Shown here: piece after piece, positions 50,301-63,725 of the stretch
Layout: every line of letters begins with the position of its first letter
Position numbering within the stretch: the first letter of the stretch is position 1
DNA from: Hormiphora californensis
Lineage: Eukaryota > Animalia > Ctenophora
Assembly: GCA_020137815.1 (NCBI GenBank)
Contig: CM035358.1
Span: forward strand, 2,170,001-2,234,000
Reading direction: 5' to 3'
DNA: 64,000 nucleotides
Made by a program: the position numbers and the translations under genes
The notes under the pieces: generated by a model
Seen by the model: the letters and a program-made list of their open reading frames with translations, nothing else
What the model was told of the DNA's origin: nothing
Database searches by the model: none

Positions 50301-52375
50301 AGGCCAGTGCTCACAGACATGGCACACCATTCCCGTGCACACTACGTAATTGTGTCAATGTAATACATTTTCGGAGATCAGTACCTGTAAGACACACTCG
50401 TACTCCCAACATGTACAGTACCTGTAAGACACTAGCACACTCGTATTCCCAACATGTACAGTATCTGCAAGACACTAGCACACTCGTATTCCCAACATGT
50501 ACAGTACCTGTAAGACACTAGCACACTCGTATTCCCAACATGTACAGTACCTGTAAGACACTAGCACACTCGCACTCCCAACATGTACAGTACCTGTAAG
50601 ACACTAGCACATTCGTATTCCCCATCCTCCATTACATCCCAAATCCAAACACTCTTGTCCCTGCTACAACTGGCTAGGTAGTCACCGTCCCTTGACCACG
50701 CTACACTCTTCACCTAGGGGGGGGGGAGGTTAGGGGAGGAGGTTAGGGGAGGGCGGTTAGGGGAGGGAGTCACCGTCCCTTGACCACGCTACACTCTTCA
50801 CCTATAGGGGGAGGGGAGGGGTTAGGACTTAGGGCCGGGGGAGGGAGACTGGGGCAAGGTAGTCACCGTCCCTTGACCACGCTACACTCTTCACCTATAG
50901 GGGGAGGGGAGGGGTTAGGACTTAGGGCCGGGGGAGGGAGACTGGGGCAAGGTAGTCACCGTCCCTTGACCACGCTACACTCTTCACCTATAGGGGGGAG
51001 GGGTTAGGGGAGGGGAGGGGCCGGGGGGCTTGGGGGGAGGAGACTGGGGCAAGGTAGTCACCGTCCCTTGATCACGCTACACTCTTCACCTAAAGGGGGA
51101 GGAGGTTAGGGGAGGGCGGTTAGAGGAGGGTGGTTAGGGGAGGGAGACTGGGGCAAGGTAGTCACCGTCCCTTGATCACGCTACACTCTTCACCTAAAGG
51201 GGGAGGGCGGTTAGGGGAGGGTGGTTAGGGGAGGGTGGTTAGGGGAGGGTGGTTAGGGGAGGGAGACTGGGGCAAGGTAGCCACCGTCCCTTGACCACGC
51301 TACACTCGTCACCTAAAGGGGGAGGGCGGTTAGGGGAGGGTGGTTAGGGGAGGGTGGTTAGGGGAGGGTGGTTAGGGGATGGGATACTGGGTCAAGGTAG
51401 TGAGAAACAGTATAGATGTATAAACCCTCCCCAAATTGGTTCAAAGGGCCGGGGAAAGGGAATCGAGCTGAGACCAGAGCGAGAGAGAGCTCTCACTCCC
51501 GTCTCCACCTCGACTATACCTCATTCTCATGTCCTTCCAGGGTAGTTTCTAGTTCCCATTGATCATCCTTCAGCTCCCAAATACACGTGGTACTGAAACA
51601 CGTGTTCAATATAATAATCAGCATGAACCGACCGAATCAGGAAATACTGGTCTCTGATTGGCTGATAACCAGTCACGTGACCTAAATAACGAGTTCTGAG
51701 GACCCTTGCTCTGCCGAACCCTCACTGAGCGCATATGGGCGACACAGAAGGACCCCATCCCAACCCCGATAGTCCCAACCCCGAAAGTCTCGTCGAAAAT
51801 GGCAACTTGACAGTAATTACCTGTCGATATACTGGCAGTATAAAAATCATTACCTGTCGAAGCTAGCAGTAGCAAGTTTCCTTCCACAAGGTGACCAGGC
51901 TACCTGTCTGATAGTCCTTGTGTTACCACCCTCCAGAGTTAGGAAGTTAACCCACTTTTCACCCTCCTGCCGCCATAACCGCACCGTCTTGTCCTGGCCT
52001 GGTGGAAGAGAGAGGTTTTATTTGAGTCGCTGTAGACACTCTGTTCAATGTGATCAAGTCTAAGTTTCCAGGGAGTCTGCAGGACTAAACATCTCCGTTT
52101 GGGCTTTATCAAGCGTACAATGTAACACAAGGGAGTCACTGTTATGCAGCTAAATTCGAAACATTAAATATGGGTGCAAGTGTTCCACTCCCTTTCCCTT
52201 TTGTGGCTCACACCGTCATTTTATTTCAAAAGTTAAGCGTGCTCTGTTATGGTTCGGTAGATCCCCCTGCTTTATTACCTGTGGATGCAAGTGTTTTGCT
52301 GATGGGACTCCAGTCAACACTCCATACCTGTCCAACATGCCCCTTCAAAGCAGTCACCTCTACCAGACATACCAT
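47303..52375 (-). CDS. CIAO1: Cytosolic Fe-S assembly WD40 protein CIAO1, multi-exon
   Basis: [47 protein letters not shown]...[27 protein letters not shown]...[14 protein letters not shown]. Confidence 0.9.
47620..49045 (-). repeat. 23-bp minisatellite AGGGAATTAGGGGATTAATTAGC in a CIAO1 intron, interrupted by a transposon
   Basis: Directly visible on both sides of 47802-48785; an 11-bp TAATTATCCAC array follows at ~49141-49275. Confidence 0.92.
47802..48785. mobile_element. Palindromic MITE with TTAA TSD and purine-purine termini (Kolobok-like)
   Basis: TTAA|GACCAGAGGGGGGGG...CCCCCCCTCTGGCC|TTAA with a long internal inverted repeat centred near 48300. A truncated related end lies at ~54582-54640. 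Confidence 0.8.
50381..50620 (-). repeat. 43-bp tandem repeat of the CIAO1 exon end plus donor
   Basis: Unit ...GAATACGAGTGTGCTAGTGTCTTACAG|GTACTGTACATGTTGG; the true junction is 50594/50593, with five further copies. Confidence 0.92.
50678..51400 (-). repeat. ~90-120-bp tandem repeat of the CIAO1 acceptor plus exon start
   Basis: Seven copies of TAG|GTGAAGAGTGTAGCGTGGTCAAGGGACGGTGACT; only the copy at 50713 continues into the real exon. Confidence 0.92.
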
Positions 52376-52660
52376 AATCAGGCTAGAGGGAGGGAGTTGG
52401 ATGTTTGAGTAGTGCATTATCTGGGTATTTAGAGGTAGAGAGAAAGAGAGAAAAAAGAGACACATATATAGTATTTGGTTTTCATGCTATTTTTGGTTGT
52501 AATAAGTTAGTAAAAGAATGTGTTAATAAGTTAATAAAAGCACCCCTGAGCTATCACATCTAAAAACTCTCCCACACACTACAAATCATTTAAAAAAAGT
52601 GTGAATCATGCTAGACAAACGTCAAATATGTTAGACATGTTAGACATGATGTTAAACATG

Positions 52661-55600
52661 TTAGACAAAGATGGGTTGTCTAACTTCACACACCCCAGTC
52701 CCGTATGAACCAAGTTTACCCAGCATTATACTGGAACTAGGGTTACTCAAGCTGTCCTGTTCGTTGTAGAACGCAGCACGACGCAGAAACTCCGTGGAGG
52801 TCTCAAAGGATACTTTCTGGAGCGGTGAACTGCTATCTCGTATACCAATCCTAATAATGGGGAGAGAGTGTAAGAGATACCGGAGTTAGAGTTGTTGGTA
52901 ACCATGGTAACCAACTGTGGTAACCATGGTAACCAACTGTGGTAACCATGGTTGATGGTAACCATGGTAACATTGCTATGTATCTCCCACCTGTTGAATG
53001 GTCGGTAAACACCATGCTGTGTGACGTAATCTGAGAGAAGACTGAGATGACGGGGGTCCACCCTGATACCATAGGGTGCAAATACACCCTCCAGCTCCTT
53101 TATTAGTGCTGCTGATGCTGCCTCAATTCCATAAAACTCTCCAAACCTGGCGGTGAAAAGGAAGCCCCGTCAATTTTACAGCTCACTTAAATTTTATCTG
53201 ATTTCACACCAGGAACCGACCGAAACAAGTAAACAACCAATCAGAACTCGTTATTTAGGTCACGTGACTGGTTATCAGCCAATCAGGGACCGGTATTTCC
53301 TGATTCGGTCGGTTCCTGTTTCACACAACAGTTGCTGGTTAGATCAAGTTATCAGAATCAAATTTTTAAATCGATTCCATGTTAGCTTCGTAAAACATGT
53401 TAGCTTCATATATATTACTTGTTGATGTCGTTGGTGAAGATATCAGTGGTATCCACTATCTCCCAATGTTCCCAGATCTCTCTGATATTGATCCCCTCGG
53501 TCATGAGGACCAACCTGCCTCGATCATCCTTCTCCGTGTTGATGAAGGCACGTTTTATACCTGGGTATAGGGTGTGTTATGGGGAAATTAGTAACTAGTA
53601 TTTAGTAAAGTCTAGTAACTAGTAACTAGTAATTAGCAATCAGATAGTAACTAACGACTATTATTGACAAACACTACCTTGCACATTCCAAAGAAGACTT
53701 CTCTTTGCCAGGTCCTCCAGGACACTGCCCATCATGACATTTGACCCACTGAGCCCGAAATCAAGGACCACCTCACACCACAACATGTTATCCTTGTCAT
53801 AGCGGTAGGAGGTGATGGTCTTCCTACGCAGGAGGGCCAGCTCCCGAGCATCTAGTCCTTCTTCTTCTCCGTCCTGAAGTAGGGGAACTGATAATATCTC
53901 ATGGGAGACACTTGCCAAAATGCCCAGACATTAAAATGTAGAAGGGTGGTACAAAACGAGCTCGAAAGAGCATCCCAATGGTTGCCACCTTAGGCTGACA
54001 GGCTATGGAGCACCCCTTGAGGGAGAGTGCCGCTTCACTAGACTGCGTATAAGAAGCACTACAAACTGGGCCGATTAGGTACATAGAGTACCAATCGGTG
54101 GTCCGAGCCACCACTCTGGTCCTGAAGCAGGATTCTGGCCTTAAATGGCAAGTGCTGGTAGAAGAAATGACGTTTCTCATCTACGTGTGGGCAGAGAAGC
54201 CGCGTCATCGCTCGGCAATATACCTACTTCTGGGGAAACCCAGTAACGTAAGACTGGTGGAAATACACTGGTGCTCTCAGCTATGTGTCTAACTGGATTA
54301 GTAACCGGCTTGAAACTTAACAAAAGCGGACCGAATGTGAAGCTAGCCTTTCCCTCGAAGGGGATCCTCCATGGAGGGTCCCTGGACAGGACTGACTAGT
54401 GGAACTACTGAGCAACTCTTTGTGTGGGGTGCTCGGGAGGAACGCCAGAATTTTGATTCGCCGGGAGCTGGCCCCGTAAGACACCAGCAAAGTGGGAGGA
54501 AGTACGGGAGGTTCAAACACACACACACACACTTGCCAAAATGTATCCATTTGGTTGTAAAAAGAAGGATATAATTTGCGATTAAGGCCAGGGGGGGGGG
54601 TCCGAGGGTAATTTTTTACTTTTCTGAAGTTTACATTATATTGCACCTAACTAAGGAAGGGGGAACTTTTGCGCTGATACAGTCAACCCTTGATTTACCA
54701 GAACCTCAATCGGGTCTGATATATGATCCAATAACTTAAATACCCTTACTCACCTCAGCTCCAACCACTGGTTGCTCTTTCTCCCCTTCTTCTCCCTCAT
54801 CTCCATCATCTTCATAACTATTTATCTGAGATTTCTGGGCGCCCCTCCTCTCTCCCTCCTCTCTCTCATCATCCACCTCCTCTCCCTCTGTTGCCATAGC
54901 AACAATACCACCCTCTGGCCCCTGTTTGTTGGTGGTTAGGGTATCCTTTTTAACTACTGCTCTTACTACCTGGAGTTGGAAGGAGAGGGTTGTTACAATT
55001 TATCAAATTGTGGAACGGTCCACATCACAAAGACAGAAAATGGGTAACCTGTTCAGACCCCTTCCTCCAGCACATCAATTAAAACTAAACAATTAATTTA
55101 GTCAATTAAACAATTAATTAACTACCTGGTTGTTCCTCTGTTTCACGAATTCAGCCTGCAGTTTCCCTATGAAGGTACTCTCAATAAAATTGAGAATCTC
55201 CACTGGTGTACAATAACACTTGTCAGCATAATCCCCCTCCGGGAGAATGTGAAAGGTAATCTTATACCGTTGGGAAATCCCATTTCCCCGTTCATCCGTC
55301 ATACTCTCAACAATATCAACTTTCTCCAGAACCTGATTCAACCTCACTTCAGTGAGCCGCTTAGCTAAACACTTTGCAGCCCCCTGACTGGTGCCCAGTT
55401 TTAATGGGACTGTCATCATGGGGGTTTTGATGCTGTTCCCTCCCGTCATCAACAACTCCCTAATCCGGGGGATTCCCATAGTGATGTTGACATCAGCCCG
55501 ACCAGCAAAGTGGAAGGTGTTCAGTGTCATCTGGGTGGATGGTTCCCCAATACTTTGTCCAGTCAGGACACCCACACCATCCCCAGGATGGGAGAGAGCT

Positions 55601-58600
55601 TTCACTGCTTGGAGGAGGATCGCCTCTTCAAGTTGCTCCCTCTCAGGACATTTGATGAGCGCGGATGCGATGTTGTGACGAAGGGTTTCACTAACACTCC
55701 CAAAGTTACGGTGGGGTGGGAGGGTGGAAAGGAGTGGCAGGGCTCGCTTTCGACCCACCTTCTCTTCCCAAGCCTCTTTCTTGGTAGCACTGAGTGCGTT
55801 CCATGCGGAGATGATAGAATGGGTTTGTTCCGATCTCTGTTTACCCTCGTTACTCGTTGATAACTTCTTGTACTTTTCCTTTTTCTTCATCTTAGTCTCG
55901 AACAAATGGAATGGATTAGCGTACTTTTCCCTCAGTTTCTTGACACTATCCTGCTCGCCCAGGGCCGCGGGTACAGCGACGCAATCCAAGGAGGACTTCT
56001 GACTTCCGATATCCTTACTGAGCACATTATAGTTGGTGATAAGGTGCTTCAACCCGTTAGGAGTTAACAAATTACCCTTTGTTACATCAATGCCATCGTG
56101 TCCGTACAAGAACTGAACGACACTGCCATCACTATCTCGGGCTGTGTGATCGTATGAAGTACAGATACCCTCCAAATGTTTGATAAGGCACCTCTGAAGG
56201 TACCCCGATCGACTCGTCTTCACGGCCGTATCAACCAGACCCTCTCTCCCTGCCATACTGTTGAAAAACAGCTCCTGGGGCTTGATCCCAGTAAGGAACC
56301 GAGAGATTACAAGACCACCCGCCGCCAGGGAAGGGTCGTATGGGAGGTAGGATGGGAGGGATCGTCCACTGAGCATGAGGGGAGGCCGGGATCCTTCCAA
56401 CTCCGTCTGTCCCACCATGCAAGATATCTGCGAACAGTTGACATTAGATCCCTTCGCTCCGGTCGCCACCATAAGCTGTAAGTTGTTATGGGGGAAGTGT
56501 TTGAGGAGATTTAGTCCCATACACGCCCGGGCTAACTCAGTCTCACACCGGGAAGTTTCAACTCTAGCACCCCGATCCAGGGCACCCAGATCTTTAAACG
56601 GGACTGGTCTCAGATGAGCCTCCTGGTATGCTGCCTTCAGATCACACGGCTGTTCCACACCGAGTACCTTACACGCTATCTCCTCTCCTTTTGCCTCCTG
56701 AAACTGCATGATCGACCTCCGTTCCTGTTCCCCATGATCCCTGACCAAGATATCCTGGAGACCCACGGTGAATCCTCTCCACGATAGGAAACTGGTGAAG
56801 AGACGACCAAAGGCAGATAGAAGGGCAGTGGCCACATCACCCCCGTATATCTCAAAAACAAGGTGGATCAACCCGAACTCCTTGCTCCCACATTGTCCCT
56901 TGTCGATAACACCACACAGAAGATCTCCCTCCATGATTATCACCTCACTGTCCATTAGATCGTCCGTCTGGATGGCGGGGTTGTGGTCAGTTGAGGTTAC
57001 CCAGCACTTCTCAGCCGTATTACTCTTCCCCTTGAGGGAGGGGAGTGGTTTGGAGGGTGGGATTACAGCACGGAGGATGGTTGAAATTATCTGTTTGCCA
57101 CTCCACATGGGAACCGGTTTTAGGATGGACGGGGGAAGGAGTTTTATCCGGCGGGGTGCGTCAACCAGACTCATGAACACAAAGTGATGGTATTCATCCT
57201 TGGTAAAGAACCGTCCTCTTTGAGTGATCAGGGTACCCGCTACCACGTGATCTTGGATCAACCCTCCCAGGGGCTTACCATCTTTTGGAACTAGATAGTT
57301 GTTAGATACACCCATTAATCCGTATGCCTCTGATCTGGATATCTCATCTTGGGGTAAATGAGCGTTCATTTCATCACCATCAAAATCAGCGTTATAAGAT
57401 TTACACACTGAGTAATGTAGTCTGAGTGTCCGTTCATTACTGAGCACCCGGGCTTTGTGGGCCATGATGGACACCTTGTGAAGGGTGGGCTGTCGGTTCA
57501 ACAACATAACATCTCCATTCTGGACATGCCTCAGGACCTTCTTGTTGTACCCCGGTCTGTCTTTATTCTCCACAAGCAGGGTCTTAGCGATGGCCTCTCT
57601 CGATCTTTGATTATCAGCACTAAGCAACACCCTCTTCCCATTCTCCATTTCAACATGAGTTGCTCCCGGATATTTCTTAGGACCGTTAATGACAGCCCTC
57701 CTCAGTTCCAGGACATTTAGTGGGGTAACTGGCTGTGGGAAGGTAAGCCGGGTGGCAAATACTAACGGTAACCCGACCTCATCACAATTAATGTACGGAT
57801 CAGGGGAATATGACAGATCGAGCTGCGTAGTTCACCCTCTTCCCCATCATATGCATTCTAAACAGACCTTGTTTCTTCTCCAGCACCCCTCTCACCATGG
57901 TAACGGCTTCATTCACTCTCTCCTGCATCTTCACCCAGAGGGTCTGGATCTGTTTGAATTTATCATTATCTACATCATCTCCTCCCTCCTTGGATGTGTT
58001 AGCTGCTGCCTTCTGTTCTGACAGTATCGTACTAAGTTGGACGGTAAGAGATAGGATCTCAGAGAGCTTTGTGCTGTAAAAGTGCTCGTATTTCAGCCCA
58101 GATACCACGGACATTGGTCTGAATTTAACAGGAGGCACGCTGAGGAGCCGGTAGAAAAATGAGGAGGGAGGGGTGCCGTTAAATAGCAGATTGTACACTG
58201 CTAAGTCTGTGCTGTACACCTCCTTCATTAGTGCGAGTGCTGAGTTGGGGGTTAGCAATACGATCTTGTTGACTTTGTGCCAGGGAGGAGGTTGACTCTT
58301 CTGAAAGATAACGGGGAGGGTTAGCGATGAATCAATGTTCACAAAATGTGTTTGAAATTTTAACTGATTTAAAACCTACATTCACATTGGGTTGTTTCTT
58401 CAGGGCACTTTCCCAACTTGTAACTTTCTTTCCGGGTAGGGGTCTCAGGTAAATCTTAGTGTTACCTTCCGTTATCACATCCCGTACCGGGGCCTTGCAG
58501 TGGGGACAAAACTTCTGACTTGCCATACCCTTCAAATATTTAACCAGAATATCCTGCAGAGGGGGGGGGGGGATAATTTTTAATTATTTTTGTAAGAGGG

Positions 58601-60338
58601 ATTTGTCATGCAATCGATGATACAAATTGATAGTTCTAAGTTAAGGTCACTTGTATGTTAAAAGCCTAGCTATTGCGGTTCCCCGACTGATAAAGAGTGG
58701 GGGAAAGAGGGTTTAGGAAATATATTGACTCCTTCGAGTTATAAGAATAATCTGTCGTGGAGTTGTACTGAAACATTATTTCAGTACAATATTATGATAA
58801 TTGGTAAAAATGGCCAATGTCAGTTAACTCGGAGATTGTAATTTGTCATTTGTCTAATTAGATTCCTTAGTATCTAATGTTACATCTCTCTTACCATCAG
58901 GAACTCGTTAGAGCTCGTATTAACGTCCGTCGCCTCGGAAGATAGGACAGTCGATTTAAAAAGTGCCTCGGTGCTAGCTCTAATCTCATCCATCAAACTC
59001 TCGCTGACTTGCTTCAAGTGTCTCAGCTTCTCCCTCACCTTCCTCGGTATTTTTACTTTTCTTGCCTGGGTAAATAGAAAAATGTTTCAATCAGATGTAT
59101 GGTAAGGACAAGTTGCATTGAGGGGGAGGGGGGTTCATTTGTCACCATGCCCATTGCCCCCCCCCTTGGACCACAGTTTAAGGTTTTAACAGTTAATTTG
59201 TTTGACCCACCTGCTGTAGTCGAAGCCTTTTTAGTTTCTTTCACACGATTTACAATTGACGCCGCCATGTCTGATATACCCTGAAAATGTATTGTTGGAG
59301 TATTGTTGGAGTCTCTCTACCCAGAGGGATACAATATAATGGCTTAGCTTTTATCAGTAAAAGGTAGGTGGTATTATTTGATGGCTTCTGGTGTAGTAAC
59401 AGCAATAATACCTGAGCACTTGCAACATATCCCGATCTAACAGCCCGCAGTTGAAGAGCCAAGACATGGGTTTGGTAGTCCGTACAGAGGAGCCTGTTAC
59501 ACGCAAAACAGCACGACCGGAGAATCGCTGTCAAATAACTGAGGGGGACGACACGGCGTTGAAACTTGAACTCAAAAACGGTATCTAAGTGGTTCAAAAG
59601 ATCATACCAAAAGTAAATGGAGCAAAAGAGCATAATATTACAACCTACTAATCTAACTATATCTAATGCAAATTTGCACGGAAATGTGACACCCTATCGT
59701 CAATGTGACGACGTGATCCGTCAATGTGACGACGTGATCCGTCAGCGTGACGACATGATCCGTCAGTGTGACGACGTGATTCGTAGGTATCACGTATCAC
59801 ACGTGTTGAGAACTGCTTGCGACTTGAGGGGTCACATCACATGTATAAAAGGGAGAGAAAGAGAGAAAAAGAGAGGGATCACATCACATAGCATATAGCA
59901 GACAGGCAGAGAGAAAAACAGACCCCTCGATTTGCGATCGGTACGATCGCCCCAGTTTTGCTAGTATACCTAAAGTAAATGGGGTTGAAGACAGGTAGTG
60001 GCAGTTGAATATGCCCAAAATGTCCTGGGCAGTGTGCACTGTATTGTTTACATGTTTGACAGACCTCGTTCTGTTCACAACCTCCCAAAGCTGGGTCATA
60101 CAGACCACCTGAGAGGAGAGTTTGTTACATTTACTAGGGAGAGAGAGAAAGAGAGAAATTAATAGTCTGTAAATTATTTAACCATTTCTGGAGATGTCGA
60201 CCTACCAGGTAAGGGGTTCCCGATTCTGTCAACAGAGGTTGGATTTGTGATGCACTTCACTGATACTTTCAGGATCAGCTTATCATCAAATGGGGAAAAC
60301 AGTAACTTATCCGGTTCCAAATATGGTAGCTCTGCCAT
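52661..60338 (-). CDS. POLR1A: DNA-directed RNA polymerase I largest subunit, multi-exon
   Basis: CQTC...[48 protein letters not shown], catalytic [49 protein letters not shown] and C-terminal [10 protein letters not shown]. One apparent extra base lies near 57808. Confidence 0.96.
53210..53318. mobile_element. 109-bp hAT-type MITE; partial copy at ~51620-51699
   Basis: TIR CAGGAACCGACCGAA...TTCGGTCGGTTCCTG flanked by the 8-bp TSD TTTCACAC. Confidence 0.9.
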
Positions 60339-61009
60339 TGCATCAAGCCGCTGTACTGAGAAAATATACTGATTGGGAAGAAAGTAGTTTGCCTTCGAGC
60401 CTCGTAAGGGCGATTAAAAGTGCCCCAAAATTGGTGGTATTATTTCTAAATTTCCACCATTACACAAGGGGCGAAAACCATTAGCCAAAAATGTCGATAC
60501 ACTGTCGCCGTAAACGGTAAATTGAGCGACTTTCCTCTGAAGCGCAAACGTTTTTTTAAAACTTTCAACTTTTTTGTATTGCTCGCTTCTCAACTCGAGT
60601 ATTAAGCGCGCGCCGCGCAACAAAGTATGCAATGTATTATTAGAAATTTCGCGTGCTACGTAGACCGAGATGATCAAATTCCGTATTCTCTCCAAATTTA
60701 CCTAACTGTTGCAATGCTGAAGGTTTGAACACGAATCCATGTTTTATTAAATTGAAACCAATGTCGGGAAGAATCATCCATTCCCAAAGAACCTGAGCCT
60801 GTCCAAATTCCCAATTTATCCACCAGGAGTCACCTGCGCGTTCCAGTAGTGCTGACATTAACACTACTTTGTACTCGCGCGTGTGCTAGTCGCCGAAGAG
60901 ACGCCACTACGACCCCTCGCTTGGCTGGCAGGGTCGGTTGGGTGCCATGCCAGTCAACCGAGGGAATTGCTAGGACTCTGAGACAATAAATGTGACAACG
61001 ATTATACTT

Positions 61010-61990
61010 TTATTCAAAATATTTACTCCAATCGACAATATCAAACTGCATGACAGCACGAAGAGCTTCCTCCTCAGTATCAACTTTAGGACAATACTCG
61101 CCGTGTCTATACCAATGATGAAGCATCCTGGCCTGAAGAGCGGGCACGGTATGATGTATCAGAATGGATTTACGGTCCGTACAGAAGGGATAAAAGTGAC
61201 TAACATAATAATGGTATATCCGGGTTGGTGTAAGACCGGCCAGATATGCCAACATTCCTATGTAGACATCCTCCCAAATTACAGGTTGTATAACACCTGC
61301 TTGGTGTACTGATATTATAGCCCGGACTGCAGGTTGAGATAGGATATACCCGCCACCTAGATTGTACTGTGTATACTCGGTTATCCTGCCTCCCTCCCAC
61401 TCATCCCGGAGCGAGAATTTCCCAGTTTTGGGCACTTTTAGGTCCCCCTGACGTGGTTTACCCGCATAGAACCCGGGGTACTGTTCCGTAGTCACGGTTG
61501 AGAGGTAGGTGGAGAGAAAGGAGAGGTTTAGAAATGAATCCTCATCAACTTTAACCAAATATGTAAAATTGTGTGTCTGAATCAAGTTTGTAAAACTGAA
61601 AATAACCTTCTCAGAAAGATTCTCATAACTGTCTTTGAAGTCACCCAACAGTATATCACCATGCTCCCGTGCCTCTCTCCTCACCTCCTCCAACACCTCA
61701 CTATCACCTCCGTCACCCACAACAAACACATGACACCACGTCACATTGACACCCCCTTGCTCCCAGGGGTAACCAAGGTAACTGGAGGAGCGAAGTAGGG
61801 ATCTCTCTGTGTGGTGGTGAGGTGTAGAGAGTATCACTATCAAGAGGGGGCAATTCTGTTTCTGTTGCGGTGGTGATGACGTCACAATGTTAGGTGATGA
61901 CGTCAGTAGATCTGGTGAGAATATCATGAAGATAATGAAGAGGAGGAGAAGGAAGAGGAGTAGGGGCCGAGGTTTCCAGTTGACAATCAT
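61010..61990 (-). CDS. Glycosyltransferase family 31 (beta-1,3-galactosyltransferase-like), intronless
   Basis: Type II TM anchor, HGDILLGDFKDSYENLSEK, KVDEDSF, GGGYILS, WEDVYIG. Confidence 0.9.
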   Translation of the reverse strand: MIVNWKPRPLLLFLLLLFIIFMIFSPDLLTSSPNIVTSSPPQQKQNCPLLIVILSTPHHHTERSLLRSSSYLGYPWEQGGVNVTWCHVFVVGDGGDSEVLEEVRREAREHGDILLGDFKDSYENLSEKVIFSFTNLIQTHNFTYLVKVDEDSFLNLSFLSTYLSTVTTEQYPGFYAGKPRQGDLKVPKTGKFSLRDEWEGGRITEYTQYNLGGGYILSQPAVRAIISVHQAGVIQPVIWEDVYIGMLAYLAGLTPTRIYHYYVSHFYPFCTDRKSILIHHTVPALQARMLHHWYRHGEYCPKVDTEEEALRAVMQFDIVDWSKYFE

Positions 61991-62447
61991 TTTGTTACAC
62001 CTTTATCAACTCCGGGTAAATTCCACTCTCTCTCCCTCTGAGAATAACGTGAGGAGCTAACACACTAGAGATACAGAACCACGGGCCATAGTTCACGCTA
62101 TAACAAATAGAAACAACTGTGTTTGTTTGTAAGCTTCTCACAACCAGCGTGGTGTAATAGTAGTCTCTCCAATATAAACAAAACGAACAATATAGCAACC
62201 TTCTCCCTCTCTCTCTCTCTCTCTTTTTTACCGCTGCAACTCACACTGCACAACAAGAGAAAAAAAGAGAGAAGTGTCTTGCTATAAAAACTCAATACAA
62301 ATAGTTAATTTTATAACACCCCCATAGATCATTGTTCCATTGTCACACATTGCCCCCTCTCTGTGTCACACAATGTCTCTCTCTCTCTGAGTGACACATT
62401 ACCCCCTCTATCTCTCTGTGTCACACATTGTCCCTCTCTTTGTCCCT

Positions 62448-63725
62448 CTATTTTTCCCAGAATGTAGGTAGCTGGTTTCCAGGAATGTTAAGACGTCTGC
62501 AGCCATCCTTAGTCAGTACCGCCAACCTAATCATACCACCACTACTGCCGTCCCGGTGCATGGCAATAGCCACCGCGTTAGAAACAAATTTGAGGCATTC
62601 TTGCTCTGACATTCCCTCCTGAAACAAAATTAAGTTTAGAAAGAGTTTAGTCAAGTGAGATTTAGGACTAAAATTAGCTTTTTAGATATTTTCATAGAGG
62701 GCCAGTGAGATCTATAAAAAAGTGTGGCCTTACCTTGTAGGTGCTGTCGCAGTGTCCGTAGATGTAGGTAGATCCCGAACCACCAATAGCAAAGGGCATC
62801 CTCACACACATACCTGGGGTTGGGAAGGTGAAATTAGAGATAGAATGAGAGATGAGAAGGATAGAGATGGAAGAAGAGATGGCCTAGAGATATGAAAACA
62901 CATTGAACGAGAGGTTAGAAAAAAAGACAGCTAAATACCGACATTACTACACACACTCACCTCCAAGAGGCAGACAGTAGACCTGGCCACCTTTGATCTT
63001 GTCCCATCCGGCACAGATAATACTGGCAGACAAGTTATCTCTGTTGTTGTAACAGAACAACTGGAATATCCTACTGGCTACCTGGGCATGGCAGGGAAGG
63101 TGTTATTGTGGTGGGGAGGGGGGGGGGTTGGAGGGGGTGATGAAAACCAAAAGTTATCAAGGAGCTAAATCATGGGATAGAAAGGATATTTTGCCTCTCT
63201 GTCTGTCTCATGTCTGTCTGTCTGTCTGTCTGTCTATCTGTCCCCCCGTCTCCCCTCTCTCCTTCCAACTCACCTCAACTGTTGGTTCCTCATTAGTTTC
63301 ATTCTCCTGCAGATCCAGATAGAACTTTACGTAGTCCGCGATTGCCTGGGTATCAGCTGCGCTGCCTGACCTACAGCAATAGATCTTGTCGGAAACCTGC
63401 ACAAACAATCATACAATCACACAAACTGTGGTGGTGTGCTATATTGAAATCATATAGTGGAGTCCTACATAATAGTTTTAGAAAATGAAGTCGGGCCCCA
63501 ACTTAGTCACATTGGTGAACAAAGTTCCTACCAAATCTACCCATCAACACGTACCTGTGTCAGTTTATCTGTAACCCTGTTAGCCACATAAGTTCCAGTA
63601 CTTGTCCTACTGTCTGCTCCGAAGACGACCCCATCGGCGAACTCAACTGCCATGATAGTAGTTCCAGTCATGTGCTCGGCAGTCAGCCATTCCGGGGCAT
63701 CGAACCCAATGTCGCTTTGGAACAT
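62448..63725 (-). CDS. PSMB6: Proteasome subunit beta type-6 (beta1), multi-exon
   Basis: [75 protein letters not shown]. Confidence 0.95.

Noticed and set aside
50729-51380. Interstitial telomere
   Set aside because: TTAGGG occurs only as dispersed motifs inside a larger duplicated unit, not as a tandem tract.
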